The position numbers were made by a program, and so were the translations under genes. 64,000 nt of DNA from Nemertoderma westbladi (Eukaryota > Animalia > Xenacoelomorpha), in the NCBI GenBank assembly GCA_032718475.1, contig JAUCBJ010001598.1, positions 1 through 64,000 on the forward strand, given 5' to 3'. Shown one piece after another: positions 1 through 12,374 of this stretch. Below the pieces are notes generated by a model. It was not told where the DNA came from. It was given only the letters and a program-made list of their open reading frames with translations, and did not search any database. Numbering within the stretch: the first letter of the stretch is position 1; every line of letters begins with the position of its first letter.

Positions 1-216
1 AAAACGCGTTTTCATAATATAATTAATTTTGCCAGTTCAGCCAAAAACGTGTTTTCATATTATAATTAATTTCGCCAGTTCAGCCAAAAACGTGTTTTCA
101 TAATATAATTAATTTTGCCAGTTCAGCCAAAAACGTGTTTTCATAATATAATTAATTTTACAACATCACCAAAAACGCGTTTTCATAATATAATTAATTT
201 TGGCCGAATTCAGCCA
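1..216. repeat. 43-bp tandem repeat (about 5 copies, cut by the window start)
   Basis: Unit aaaacgYgttttcataatataattaattttgccagttcagcca recurs with period 43. Confidence 0.9.
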
Positions 217-497
217 CCGTACTGTGTCTGCCAGAGCAAGAGCAGTTAGTTCTGTTATTAATTATTAATTATTGTAGTTGTTAGTTCTGCTGAGTTTAGT
301 CAGTCAGTAGTTAGTAATATAAGTTACTGCTTTACATTACCCAGTTACCGTACCAGTAAATAATGTGTAATGCAGTAATACTGTAGGGCCTACCTGTCCT
401 GTACCTGTAAGATAATACAACAATCCTGCAATCAGTCTATCAGTCTATTCCAATTCCACATTCTTTGTACTGATTCATCTGACATCGGCGATTTACA

Positions 498-1658
498 ATG
501 TCCAAAAAGTCAATTCGATTGGACTCAGACATTGAGCGTTCACGACATGAACGTAACTGGGATAAAGTCGTCGAATTATCCAAACAATTGAGCGCTACCG
601 GTACTAAACTTCCTGATAACGAGGCCTACGTTAATTTACTTCTAGCCGAAGCGAAAGTAGAGGAAATACTCCATCAACGATACTTCGTACATGGTGACAA
701 TAGCAAAAGTGTCGACGCGGAGACTTACAAATATTCCAAAAGCGAACTGACGTCCCATGAGAATATTCTCACAAATATTTGCCAAAAAGAAATAAAAGAA
801 AGGGCTTTTTTAAAGGAAGAAGCAACTGTACTTTTGGGAAAATTACATTATATTTGCGGGGAATTTACTGAATCCTTGAACAATTTAAATCATAAAAATA
901 CCGAGTTAATATTTAATTTAGTTAAAAGTAAACAAGATGCGTCTCCTACCGATAATTCTCTGCGACTTATGAGATTGACTGCGGAGGTCCTCGCATTGCG
1001 AGCGATGTGTCTAGAGGAGACAAACCCATCAGTCGTATCCAATGTAACAGCTAATCTAGACGAATCGTTTGCTACGTGTACCCGCTATCTGTTAGCGCTA
1101 GAGCGACACCGCTCCACCGCTGTAGGCCCTCTATCGGCGGGTCCCGAACCGACTTACGTCAGCCCGCTACTGGAAGCCGCCGTTTATAAAACACCGGCGA
1201 CTCACATAAAATCCGGGAACGTCGATACCGCCGTAGATCAATACCAGCGGTTCCTAACGGCCACAATATCGATCACATCCGCGCTGTCTGTGCGACAGAA
1301 GGTGGCGACTCAACTAGCCGGCGTTCTACTCCACCGCAGCGGGAAATATCGGAGTCCTTCATCCGGCGACGGGGCCCGGAAGACAGCCGGAGGAGGAGTC
1401 GGAAACTGGAAGAAGAGTACCGAGGTATTTGTGCCCCGATGCGCCCGGGAAGAGGTAATCCTACTCAGCGTTATAGGCGAGTCGTTGGCCACCAAGGACG
1501 CGGTGTTGAGTCGAGCCATCGAGTTTCAGACGTTACGGCAACGGACAATCGATAACGCTTCCGATATCTACAACAACCTAACCGTTTCTCTGGTCGACAG
1601 CGGGCAGTACAACCTCATAGTCGACACCTATGACCGCGCCCTCAGGTTCTCCTATCAG
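498..1658 (+). CDS. TTC7: Tetratricopeptide repeat protein 7 (TTC7A/B-like, PI4KA complex scaffold), exon 1 of 3
   Basis: The N-terminus RLDSDIERSRHERNWDKVVEL resembles TTC7 'RLETEIERCR.E.QW'. FVPRCAREEVILL and ATKDAVLSR also match TTC7. Phase-0 donor CAG|GT at 1658/1659. Confidence 0.88.
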
Positions 1659-2617
1659 GTTGGTTTTACATAAACGGCAGGTTTTATTTTTTCAGGGTAA
1701 TGGAATACCGGTAATTAATTACTAATTAGGCGGTAGGCTTAATTACTAGAATAATTAATTGAGAACGTGATTATTACTGATTAATACTGTAATATGTATA
1801 CATATTGCAAAGTAACAAAAGTCGACTTATTAATTAGTTATATAATAATTGGGGCCATAAACCATAGAAATCTTAGCTGAAGGGAGAGTTGTTGTCGGAT
1901 CATTGCGGTTAGAGTGCAGCAGTCGTAAGATTTGGCGCAGAACTAAACAGGTCGCACATTGTGTGCTTTATGTTTTGCCTGGGAAATAAAGTGCCTCGTA
2001 AAATAGTACTAATACAAATGAATAAAATATCGCAAAAAAAACATCATCAATTCAAAAATATTCTTAACTTCTTGTTGTATATACAGTTTGCATTATCGAA
2101 CTAACTGAAAGTTTCAGATTACAGTTTATATACAGTATCAGGAATTGCCCAGTGTGTAAGTTCTTTATAAACTGCATTTTTATTTCTTGAATAAAAGCAA
2201 CAATAAATATTATTAACATGGTTTTGCTATAATCTGCCGCTAGTTGACTTATGAGTATATTTTGCGTATAATTCTTTCGAGTTGACGCTCAAGAAAATGT
2301 TTGTCACGTGCTGCGCGAAGGTCCCACCTTGTGTTGTTTACATATCAGCAACTATCTTGCATCAAGAAAAAAGAAATACATCATCCGCTCATATCCATAT
2401 TTGAATTTACCTTTGGGTAAAGTTGTCAAATTGTATTTATGTGTGCCATATTTATATTTGTAAACAGTTTCGTGCATAAAAAATATTTTCCTTATTTACT
2501 TTTTTTTAATGGAAGAAACGAATTAAAAGTTGTTTTCTGTGTCCCTGGAATGGTATGCCAATTAACATAATTTGTAACACAATACTTTTTTTTTATTAAG
2601 TAATTAAACAGGACTTA

Positions 2618-2796
2618 GGATGATCCAACTCTATAGCAAATGGAGCGGTAAAAATGAATTCGCCATCGGAAAGATGCAGGAGCCTCCGTGGTGTAGTGGT
2701 TAGCATACCTGAACGTTTATCGGGAGACGCGGGTTCGATCCCCGCTGGTGGCGATTTCATTTTTTCCGTTCCATTTGCTATAGAGTTGGATCATCC
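2618..2796. mobile_element. 179-bp MITE with about 50-bp TIRs and TTA target-site duplication (PIF/Harbinger/Tourist-like), carrying a tRNA-like sequence
   Basis: ggatgatccaactctatagcaaatgga... (2618-2666) is the reverse complement of 2748-2796. TTA flanks both ends (2615-2617, 2797-2799). Confidence 0.75.
2682..2753 (+). tRNA. tRNA-like sequence (nominal GTT anticodon; probably a pseudo-tRNA or Pol III module)
   Basis: Folds by eye into a cloverleaf: acceptor GCCTCCG/TGGTGGC with one T-T mismatch, A-box TGGTGTAGTGG, anticodon stem CCTGA/TCGGG, perfect T-arm GCGGG-TTCGATC-CCCGC, T6 run at 2760-2765. The anticodon loop ACGTTTA lacks U33 and purine-37. Confidence 0.55.
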
Positions 2797-3029
2797 TTAG
2801 GTTTTTTTTTCTAAGGTTATCTCGACACATGTGACGTCGAATTGTCCTTATAGACACAATCACATTGCGGTTTTCCTTGCAAAGAAGTTTCCTAATTTCG
2901 TCATACGAATAGACGTGATCAAAAATCATGAAAAGCCCATTAATCAGCACTTTAACACTGGGCCAGTTCAATACACTTCTTATAATAATAACATAGATTA
3001 TATAAAAAGTTAACATTTAAGAAACATTA

Positions 3030-3350
3030 TGCAAAAAATACTTAAGAAAAATATGCTTCCGAAAAAAAATGAAACAATTACTTTCGAAAAAAAAAATGAC
3101 AAAAAAATACTTACTTTCGAAAAATATGAAAAAAAACTTTCTAACGTAAAATGAAAAACGACTTTCGAAAAAAATGAAAAAAATACTTACTTTCGAAAAA
3201 ATGACAAAAATACTTACTTTCGAAAAAAAAATACTTACTTTCGAATAAAATGAAAAAAATACTTAGCTTCGAATAAATAAAAATGAAAAAAATACTTATA
3301 TACTTTTGAATAAAATGAAAAAAATACTTACTTTCGAAAAATATGAAAAT
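3030..3350. repeat. Degenerate A-rich minisatellite (about 25-30 bp, aaaaatgaaaaaaatacttactttcg)
   Basis: The core tacttactttcgaaaaa recurs about 10 times. Confidence 0.8.
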
Positions 3351-3392
3351 AATACTCAAAAAGTAGTAAATAGGCGGAAATCACCACCGTAC

Positions 3393-3980
3393 GTAACCCC
3401 CTACTCAAAAGATAGACCTAATATTTATAAAAGATTACATCGACAACAACTATTTGCTAACATTGGCGCCAATTTCGTGGCTCGCCCCTCTAGTATTACT
3501 ATTTATTACTACTGTTTCTTCCAATTCATATCAGCAACAACTAGTTGTTACCTGAATAAATCATATGTACCAAGTTTTAGTTTAAAACTACTTTTGCTGT
3601 CGGAGTTAATATATTGTATGAAGTATTACTTAGTTGGTAAGATGTTAGTTAATTGCATTTATAATTTTTTGAAAAAGCAATTCTATATTAGATTAACAAA
3701 TTTTTATAATAAACGATATATTTGGAATTTTCATTAAGATTTTTTGTAACGAAATATTATCCTGTTATCCCATATTATTCAATTTTTAATTCGCTATGTT
3801 GTCAGTTACCAGTTTGGTTAACTATTTATATTGTATCTGTTGTAGGATTTCCGATGCAATTGGGGGAACTGTTTTTATTGTTTCTGGTTCTGCTGTATGA
3901 TTTCCATATAAAAGTGTATTACAATTTTAGTTAACTGCTTTTATTGTCTCCGTTCTAGGATTTCCACATGCGGTACCACA
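3393..3980 (+). repeat. Upstream duplicate of the 3' end of TTC7 intron 1, including decayed acceptor/exon-2-start copies
   Basis: Near-identical to 8897-9430 (shared spurious ORF ARPSSITIYYYCFFQF...). Ends in ttattgtctccgttctag|gatttccacatgcggtacca versus the true ttattgtttccgttatag|gatttctacatgtggtacca. Confidence 0.85.
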
Positions 3981-6127
3981 TGTGTTTCCAGAAGGTCGGC
4001 CTTAATCTGCCGCTCGAGAGGGTTTATAATAATATATCAATTACAAAATGTTGAACTAACTCGAAATATAAAACTAGGAGCTAGAAAACACGGAACTAAT
4101 TTACATACCTGGTAGTTAGATGATATGTATAAAGCTCACTCATGTGAGAATTCCAATAGGTTTTCAGTGATCACACTTCCACCGTTTGCCACTAGAGTGC
4201 CGTAACCTTTTTATATATTTTAACCTCGCGTGCGACCCAGTTCTGAAACACTTGGGGGTGACATAACTTCGCAATGATCGTTCAGTGGGGTTGTTGTGTT
4301 ATTGCATTATTTGGAGGGAAATGAAAGTCTTCAATCTCGAATCTACAGACTTTAACATTTTTTTGGATTTAACTAAAAACATTGTTCACAAAATAAATAA
4401 GCAACAATTTTAGGTTGCCTTAAAAAACAGGTTCAGTTTCATTTTTAGTTATAGTATTCTTCTGTTAATATATAAACCAATGAAATTATATTTATACATG
4501 TAAGTTTTCATATATTGTACTTATAAAACTAGTAAATATAAGGATATTTATATTTCAAAATATGTTTTGTAGATGATAAACATATTTAGATTTATCATTG
4601 AAAATAATTAATTGAAAATATTTATTATAGTTTTGCTTAATTATTAATTAGTTGACATTGTATTATATTTATGTTTATGTCACGCTGATATTAACACAAA
4701 ATATCCAACTCCGAAATATCAAGCTGTGGAAGGGGATGGGGTGGGGTTGGAATGTTGTCCAATTTCCACCAGGTCAATTCAAGTGGAATTATCATTATTA
4801 TGGAAATAATTGTAATATAATATATTGGTAGTATATTGTAACCAAAACAAACAAGAAGTTTCATTTTTCCTAATTTATCGTACTATTTAAGTATATTTTA
4901 TCCCTTGGAGCGAATTTCATTTTGCCGAGACTGATTTCAAAGATAGATCAAGCAGACAGATATATATAAATAAATATAAATATATATAAAATCCTCCTAA
5001 ACATATTTTATATTTTCCAACTAGTATTACTCGAAGATGGGCCTTCGCGCAGCACGTGAGCTAAATATAATAAGTCTATATAATATATATATGCGACAAA
5101 ATAGAAACAGATTTTCCTGATAACTGCCGACTTTTCAAGTTCACCCGCATCCCCTGGCACACCCTTGTTTAAATAATAATTAAATATTTATTTGGGATGT
5201 TCTATTAATACCTCCTTTTATACTTAAATATCAGATATCTCTATTCAAAGGATTTCGAAAGAATGGATATTGTAGAGCCCAACAATTAATTGGTTAGCAT
5301 AAATTGCTAATTTCTGGTTGTTATAGGAAATTTTCCTACTTTCTACTTACTTAGGTATAGTTGTTCATACGTATCAGCAACTATGTTGCCTAAAGAAAAA
5401 AAAAGTTTTATATGCAAGATTTTTCATCTAATATGAATTTACATTTGGTTATATAACGTTATCAAATTATATTATATATTATAATTATAATTTTATAGTG
5501 AATAACACATTTAAATTTATCATTAATATTAATATATTTAAAATATTTATTATTCAATTGCTAAATTTTAGTATTTTGCATTCAATATACCTCTTTCTGA
5601 TGCTGATCTGAACAGCAAATTGTATCTTTAGTCAGTCCACTTGTCAGTTTCTAGTAACACGTTTGTGGGGCCATCGCGCAGGATGAGGCTCAGTTATTAG
5701 ATACAGATTCAAATTGAGCAATTCTATCCCAAAATCGGTACTTAAGAAATTTAAATAAAAAATAATTAAGAAAATTTAACCAAAACGCCAATAAGAATAA
5801 ATCAAAGAAGAGAGGAAAGTTCCCTCCCTCGCTTCAACCGCCCCCTTAATCTGCACCACCCCAACCGCAAAGGAGCAGAGGATTAATGAAAGGCAGAGGT
5901 ATTAACAGGAAATTAGTGTTTTAAAATAAATATATTTTTAGGTGCGGAGGCAACCCAATTTGTACGAAATATACAACTGACCTTATGTCGATAGTATTGA
6001 TACTGAAATATTAATTTATCATGTCAATGCCTCAACGAAATCATTTAGCTAATATCTGAGAATCAATATTAAATTCAGCCAATCATTGTGCTAGATAGAG
6101 CAGGCTGAGTCATGAGATGATTGAAAT

Positions 6128-6490
6128 GTGGGGCGAGCGACGAAAGTAAGCGAGCTTAGCATACAGGTACCACTAACTCAATCGGTGTGTCTGTTGATCT
6201 GTCGATCTGTTGTTCTGTTGTTCTGTCGTTCTGTTGTGTCCAATTTTAAACGTTAATAACTCAGCCAAATGTTAATGAAATTTAACCAAACTTGGTACAC
6301 ATGTAGTCTGGCCAAAGTTTAGAAATTTTCCAAGTTGAATTTGCGTGGGGTCTTCGTGCAGCATCTGTGTAACTGTCTTACAGTTATAATAAATTAATCT
6401 ACCCTAAAATTATTAGGCTTGGCATCAGCTGGTTGCTAGGAGACTAAAGAATTACACGTTTGTGGGGCCTTCGCGCAGCACGAGGCCCAG
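6128..6490 (+). mobile_element. Non-autonomous interspersed repeat (Helentron/DINE-like); inverted copies at about 7466-7667 and 8636-8837
   Basis: gtggggcgagcgacgaaag...(ctgtY)n microsatellite...aaatttaaccaaacttggtacacatg occurs here and in reverse complement at 8636-8837. The motif gtggggccttcgcgcagcacg recurs at about 2306, 5037, 5666, 6462 and 42433. Family assignment is by architecture only. Confidence 0.5.
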
Positions 6491-7226
6491 TTATGAGATG
6501 CAAATTAAAATCGAGCTACTGTATCACAAAATCAGTATTTAACTTTATAAATTAGTAAAATTTAGAAATTTAACCACACCGCCAATCAATCAAAGAAAGA
6601 GGGGCAGTACGTGTTCAGCCCTTTTAATCTGCACCCCCCCCCCCCCCCCCCCTTCCAATCCACCAATACATAACCGCGACATCTACCACCCACGGAAGGG
6701 TAGCACGAACTTATTTCCAAGCGCACGTTCAATATGCGAAGCCAGGTGGTTTATAGGAATATAATCAACGCAGTACTAAATACAGTCGATGCAGTCATGA
6801 ATGATATTCAAATAATTTATTTAATATACTGTTAATGCCTCTGAAAACTTTTAAGACAATTAAAATACACAGAAATCCCATCAAGAAATAATAAGCCTAA
6901 TATTTTGAGAAATAAACAATTTTGGATATAAGCCTTCTGCAGTGGTAATGTTATTGACTGACAATCATTAAATGAGATCTGTCTATTACCTGAGACTAAA
7001 GAACACAGACTCTGTAGTGTAATAGGAGGTAGGGAATGCAGGTTTCAATCTCGTTGGTCTAGCTGGCCAATCTCTCTACCAGCCGTGTGGTGAGTTACAT
7101 ACAACCCCCCCTCCACTGGCATTCCCAGCAACTGGCTGCCTTACGCACACATCCTTCCCATCTATGTACCAGCCAACTTGCATGTTGGCCAATAAATGAG
7201 CAGTATTTAATGAGAATCAATTTTTT

Positions 7227-8837
7227 ATGCCGTTTTAATTACTTTAGATCAATTAAATTAAAGACACAATTATTAAAGCAAATCACTTGAACTAATTAAA
7301 AACTATAATAGAATGGGGTATTTGGATTACATCTGTATAATTTTTAAGTATAATTATTGAAGTCTTATACTGTAAAATAATTAATATCCTTTAACAGGCA
7401 GGTTGAAAGTGATGTTTTTACCGTAATCAATTTAATTAACTAATTAACTGCTATTATCTTAGCTTCTCGAAGGCCACACGAAAATTCAACTTGGAAAATT
7501 TTTAAACTTTTGCCAAACAACATGTGTACCAAGTTTGGATAGATTTCATCGAAGATTGGCCGAGTTTTTAACGTTTAAAATTGAACACTGCAAAAAAAGC
7601 GACAGAACGACAGGTTGATTAATGGTACCACTACGCTAAGGCTCACTCACTTTGTGGCTCGCCCCACAGTACGGTACCGGTACTGTTAACTGTTACAGTG
7701 GTACAGAGTTACCGGTACCGTCTTCAGTTCGTTGGTCGTTGGCAAGGCCATCTAAACAACTTCTTAATCTAAACAGCTTCCGACAGTCCGATATATCTGG
7801 ACCCGAGCAGCCGAGTGGCATCAAGATGCGATTAACTGAGGAATAAATACTACGGAATTGCTTGCTTGTCAGTAAGATTCTATTTACTACACTGGGAATA
7901 CGGCAGTCGGTCGGATCGTAATGCGGGCCACTGCCAAGTTCCTCATGCCTCACTCAAGCCACCCACCTTGGAGTGCGGTGGGAAGAGTCCGACTTACGTC
8001 GACGACTGGACGAATCGACGAGGATTGCGATTTGGGTTTAGCGGCGGCCCGGACAGCCGGATCCTGGGATCGCCTGGGGGAAATTGTTGAAAGTCGGGCA
8101 GACGTGTATCGCACCGGATTACGTTCTCTGCCACGCGAAAGTGTGAGGCGAATTTGTTGTCGAATTGGGTCGGAAGCTGCGGGAATTCTACTGTTCTACG
8201 GGAATAAACCGCAGCTGTCCGGTGACTACGGACGGATACTGGGATGAGCAGGTATTTCAATCGAGTTTCTCGTATTCTCGATTTTCCCGAATTCTCGATA
8301 TTTCCTATAACGACAACGACAACGTGTTTCCCATCTAATAGGCAATATCAAGAATGCCAAGGATTGATGAGACTGGAAGTATAATGTGATGGAATGCATT
8401 TTAACTTAATTACGTTTAGATCAATTAAAAACACATTTCTTAAAGCAAATCTCTTGAACTAATTAAAAACTATAATGGAATGGGGTATGGGGAATACAGT
8501 TATATCATTTTGAAGTAATTATTTAAATCTTGTACTAGAAAATAATTAATATCCTTTAAGAGGCAGGTTGAAATTGCTGTTTTTACCCTAATCAACTTAA
8601 TTAACTAATTAACTGCTATTATCTTAGCTTCTCGAAGGCCACACGGAAATTAAACTTGGAAAAGTTATAAACTTTGGCCAGACTACATGTGTACCAAGTT
8701 TGGTTAAATTTCATTAACATTTGGCTGAATTATTAACGTTTAAAATTGAACACAACAGATCGACAGAACAACAGACACACCGATTGAGTTAGTGGTGCCT
8801 GTATGCTAAGCTCGCATACTTTCGTCGCTCGCCCCAC
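7227..8837 (-). repeat. Two direct copies (7227-7667 and 8395-8837) of an about 440-bp repeat ending in the Helentron-like module
   Basis: Both carry ttagatcaattaaa...aaagcaaatc.cttgaactaattaaaaactataat.gaatggggtat...ctcgaaggccacacg. Confidence 0.75.
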
Positions 8838-9408
8838 GAAGTAGCATATCATATCATAGTACATAGCAATCCTGCCTGCCTCATGCAAATTATGGCGTAA
8901 CCCCCCTACTCAAAAGATAATATTTATAAAAGATTACATCGACAACAACTATTTGCTAACATTGGCGCCAATTTCGTGGCTCGCCCCTCTAGTATTACTA
9001 TTTATTACTACTGTTTCTTCCAATTCATATCAGCAACAACTAGTTGTTACCTGAATAAATCATATATGCCAAGTTTCAGCTTAAAACTACTTTTGCTGTT
9101 GGAGTTGATATATTGTAGGAAGTATTACTTAGTTGGTAAGATGTTAGTTAATTGCATTTATAATTTTTTGAAAAAGCAATTCTAAATTACATTAACAAAT
9201 TTTTATAATAAACGATATATTTGGAATTTTCATTAAGATTTTTTGTAACGAAATATTATTATGTTATCCCATATTATTCAATTTTTAATTCTCCATGTTT
9301 TGTAATTATAATTATATGTACCATTTTTCGGTAACTATGTTTATTATTTATTGTAGAATTTCCCGTGTGTACCATTTTAGTTAACTGTGTTTATTGTTTC
9401 CGTTATAG

Positions 9409-9993
9409 GATTTCTACATGTGGTACCAGTTTGGTCTATCCCTCCTTTCTGCGGGTCGACCTAGCCGTGCCATTGACGTCCTCCAGCAATGCTTCCAACT
9501 GGATCCCTCCCACCCCTCCGTGTTGGTCCTCCTAGCTCGCACCAATCTCGAGTACCTCAACCGACCCGACGTGGCCGTCGACTACGCCACTAAACTACTC
9601 GATCTCGGCTCGGTGAACCCGGTGCTAGCGGCGCGAGCTCGTCTCGTGCTCGGTGCTGCACAATCGGCTCTTGCTGCTCGCGCCCCGACCCACGCCGATA
9701 AAGTGAAGCACAACAAGTCGGCGTTGACCAACTTCCGACGTGCCAACGAACTTGATCCCCGGGACAACGTGGCGCTCTACGATCTCGCCCTCTTCCACGG
9801 CATCAACCGGCAGCTCTGCGAGGCTCTGCACTTCGTCGGTCGGGCCCTCAAACTCCATCCCAACCACCTCGCCAGTCTGCACCTACTCGCACTCATACTC
9901 GCTGCCCAGGGTAACTTAGAGGAGAGTTACAAAATAGCGAGCAAAACCCTAGAGGAAGTTTGTGCAGATGATATCCTGCTTCTATTTACCAAG
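9409..9993 (+). CDS. TTC7: TTC7 exon 2 (TPR repeats)
   Basis: Acceptor ttccgttatag| gives RFSYQ|DFYMWYQFGLSL (TTC7 consensus FHLWYQFALSL). Also HLASLHLLALILAAQ and LLLFTK. Phase-0 donor AAG|GT at 9993/9994. Confidence 0.9.
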
Positions 9994-10679
9994 GTTAAAA
10001 TATTTTGAATATAGTCTGAAACTGAAAGTAATAAAATAAAGCGGCGACCGTTACTATGGCCATTCGCTGTGCCTATTTATAACAGTAATCACTGATAGAT
10101 GACGGTTCGATTTATTGTTTCTGACGAATTGTGGGTCAGGACATGGTGGACCCGACCTAACGGCTTACTGAGTGTAGTGCCTATAGCTTGTCTGCGTAGC
10201 CGACGCAGTTTCAGATTATACTATTAGGATAACAACTGGCCTTTTTGTGTGTTTGGTCTTACAGTGTAGTTCCTGGGTATACCGAATATAGCTGGCTTTG
10301 TGTGCGGTTGGACCAATAGTTAATTAGTTGTGAAGCCTGTGTGAACCAAAAATAAATACTATTAGAGTCTTTCAGAATGAGTCAATTTTTGAGACAGGGG
10401 TTGGGAGGGGGGGACTGGACGCATATCTCATCTCGCGAATTAATATCCCGCCTCAATGTTAAATTCTCAATTTAGGGAAAGGAGCAGGTTACAGAGGCAC
10501 GTTATTCTAACCAAAATAATAAACGAAACACAATAGAACAGGTTATAGTTTTATTTTTGTGAGTAATCAGCTGATATTTGCTTTATTTATTTTGATTATT
10601 TGTGGCGTGTCAAGTAGAAACGTATAGTATCAAAAAAAGGCGTTCTGAGAAAAACGCATTTAAAGTTTTATGATATGTT

Positions 10680-11530
10680 GTTTATTTTTCTTCTGGCAAG
10701 ACCCCATGGGCTAGAACCACAGTTTCTGACTCAAAATTTTTCGAGGAATCCGAAAATGTTGATTTAAACCACGTAGACGCAATCCTTTGTTCGCAAATAT
10801 CGAATGAAAGACAGATTGGAAAAATGATGGACAGGCGGACAGACAGTCTAGATTTCGTGAAATGTGACAACTGACATCAGAAATGAAATCACGAACCCGA
10901 GAAACCCCCATAGCGAGAATTTTAGTTAGTTTGTATGTTTTCTTAATGTTTGACGGACAGTCTGACAAAAAGACGGACAGACAGACTAACGGACAGACAC
11001 TCTATATTACGTGAAATGTGAAAACTGACATCGGAAATGAAATCACGAACCCAAAAAACCTCTATGGCGATAATTTTAGTTAGCCTGTATTCTTTTTTAA
11101 TTTTCGACAGACAAACAGACCGACAGACAGAAATATGAATGGATGTCTCGTGTCGTTTTGAACTCTGAACTCGTTTTGAATAAATTATGAGCAATTACCC
11201 TTTAGTTTTCGTCAAATTGCTCCAAATGGAAAATGATAGAAGATAAGTGTTATATACCACTAGATAGCCCGAAAAATTCTCTACCAGAATCGACCGTAAA
11301 AATATTCGATTTTTCTGATACAATACGTTTCTACTTACGCCACATTTGCTGATATTTGATATTAGCTTGGAGAAGGATGAATTTGTATTACGTCGAAAGC
11401 CCACCCCCATTATATTATTATCTGCAATTTCTTCTCTGCTTCTATTTGGACTAATTATATTGGCCTGACTGATCTTAGTTCGAAAAGTTTTTGCTCTGAC
11501 GGGCAGACAGACAGACTTACAGACATACGG
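10680..11530. mobile_element. Probable non-autonomous repeat (Helentron/DINE-like) with an internal about 170-bp tandem duplication and (gaca)n microsatellites
   Basis: cgtgaaatgtga.aactgacatc.gaaatgaaatcacgaaccc occurs twice (about 10856 and 11010), with gacagacagac tracts. Confidence 0.45.
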
Positions 11531-11585
11531 GTTGTTATATAATAAACTTGTTACCATTATACATTTTTCCTAAATTCCAACTTAG

Positions 11586-12374
11586 GTTAAGCTGGCTCGC
11601 CGACTGGGGCTAATGGAATCCAGTCTCTCTACCTGCCAGAGGATGTTAGAGTTATGGCGGGCGTCCTTCGAGTCCTTCCTGTCCGGAGACCAGACGACTA
11701 AACCAACGAGTCCAGGTCTCCTCGCCGCCCGCCTGGAGGAGCAGTTCGCCTCCGGGCGGTTCGCCTCCCAACCGCTCCTCAGCGAGGAGTCCCTGGACGG
11801 CCGAGGGGGCTCGACTTCGGTCCCGCTGTCCCGGATCGAGTTGGCGCTCAGTGACGTCACTAACGGAAGTCGTGGCGGCGGAGCCGGTCGGCAACAGCCC
11901 TGGGTTCTACAGAACCAGATCTGGGTGGCCGTCGCCGAGGTCTATATGGATATGGGCGATTTTAGGGAGGCGGAGTCCTGTCTCGCTGAGGCCAGTAATA
12001 TGATCCCGATGTCTTACTCGTTGCTATACCAACGGGGACGATTGTTCGAGTCGTACGGCGACTCGGAGGAGGCTTCGCGTTGCTACGAGACCGCCTTGTC
12101 TATCTCGCCCACCCACGCCCCCAGTCTGGTCGCCCTCGCCCGGTTACGCCATCGAGCGGGGTACCATGGCATCGCGTTTAAACTTCTTCGTGACGTCATC
12201 CATGACGAGCCCTCGTGTCACGCCGCTTGGCAACTCCTTGCGGAGGTTCTGCAGTCTCAGTCTGATAACCCAGAGAGAATAAATTCCTCCAAATACCTCT
12301 TGATGGCTCTACAATTAGAATCTACTTCAACTGTAGTTCCCTTCTCAATTCTAAACTTCATAATTTCTAATTAA
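11586..12374 (+). CDS. TTC7: TTC7 exon 3 (C-terminal TPRs, stop codon)
   Basis: Acceptor cttag|GTT AAG CTG is in frame with the ORF at 11613. QIWVAVAEVY, AAWQLLAEVLQSQ and ALQLESTSTVVPF match the TTC7 C-terminus. Spliced product is about 844 aa. Confidence 0.9.
   Translation, partial: VKLARRLGLMESSLSTCQRMLELWRASFESFLSGDQTTKPTSPGLLAARLEEQFASGRFASQPLLSEESLDGRGGSTSVPLSRIELALSDVTNGSRGGGAGRQQPWVLQNQIWVAVAEVYMDMGDFREAESCLAEASNMIPMSYSLLYQRGRLFESYGDSEEASRCYETALSISPTHAPSLVALARLRHRAGYHGIAFKLLRDVIHDEPSCHAAWQLLAEVLQSQSDNPERINSSKYLLMALQLESTSTVVPFSILNFIISN

Noticed and set aside
2682-2753. Functional tRNA-Asn(GTT) gene
   Set aside because: Non-canonical anticodon loop, an acceptor-stem mismatch and location inside a MITE. 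Kept only as tRNA-like.
3030-3350. GTAAGT on the minus strand of the A-rich minisatellite as another donor array
   Set aside because: It is antisense to TTC7 and no minus-strand exon is recognisable next to it.
7652-8340. GC-richer intronic segment with several overlapping short ORFs
   Set aside because: No recognisable domain. TTC7 is complete without it, so it is probably a TE remnant.
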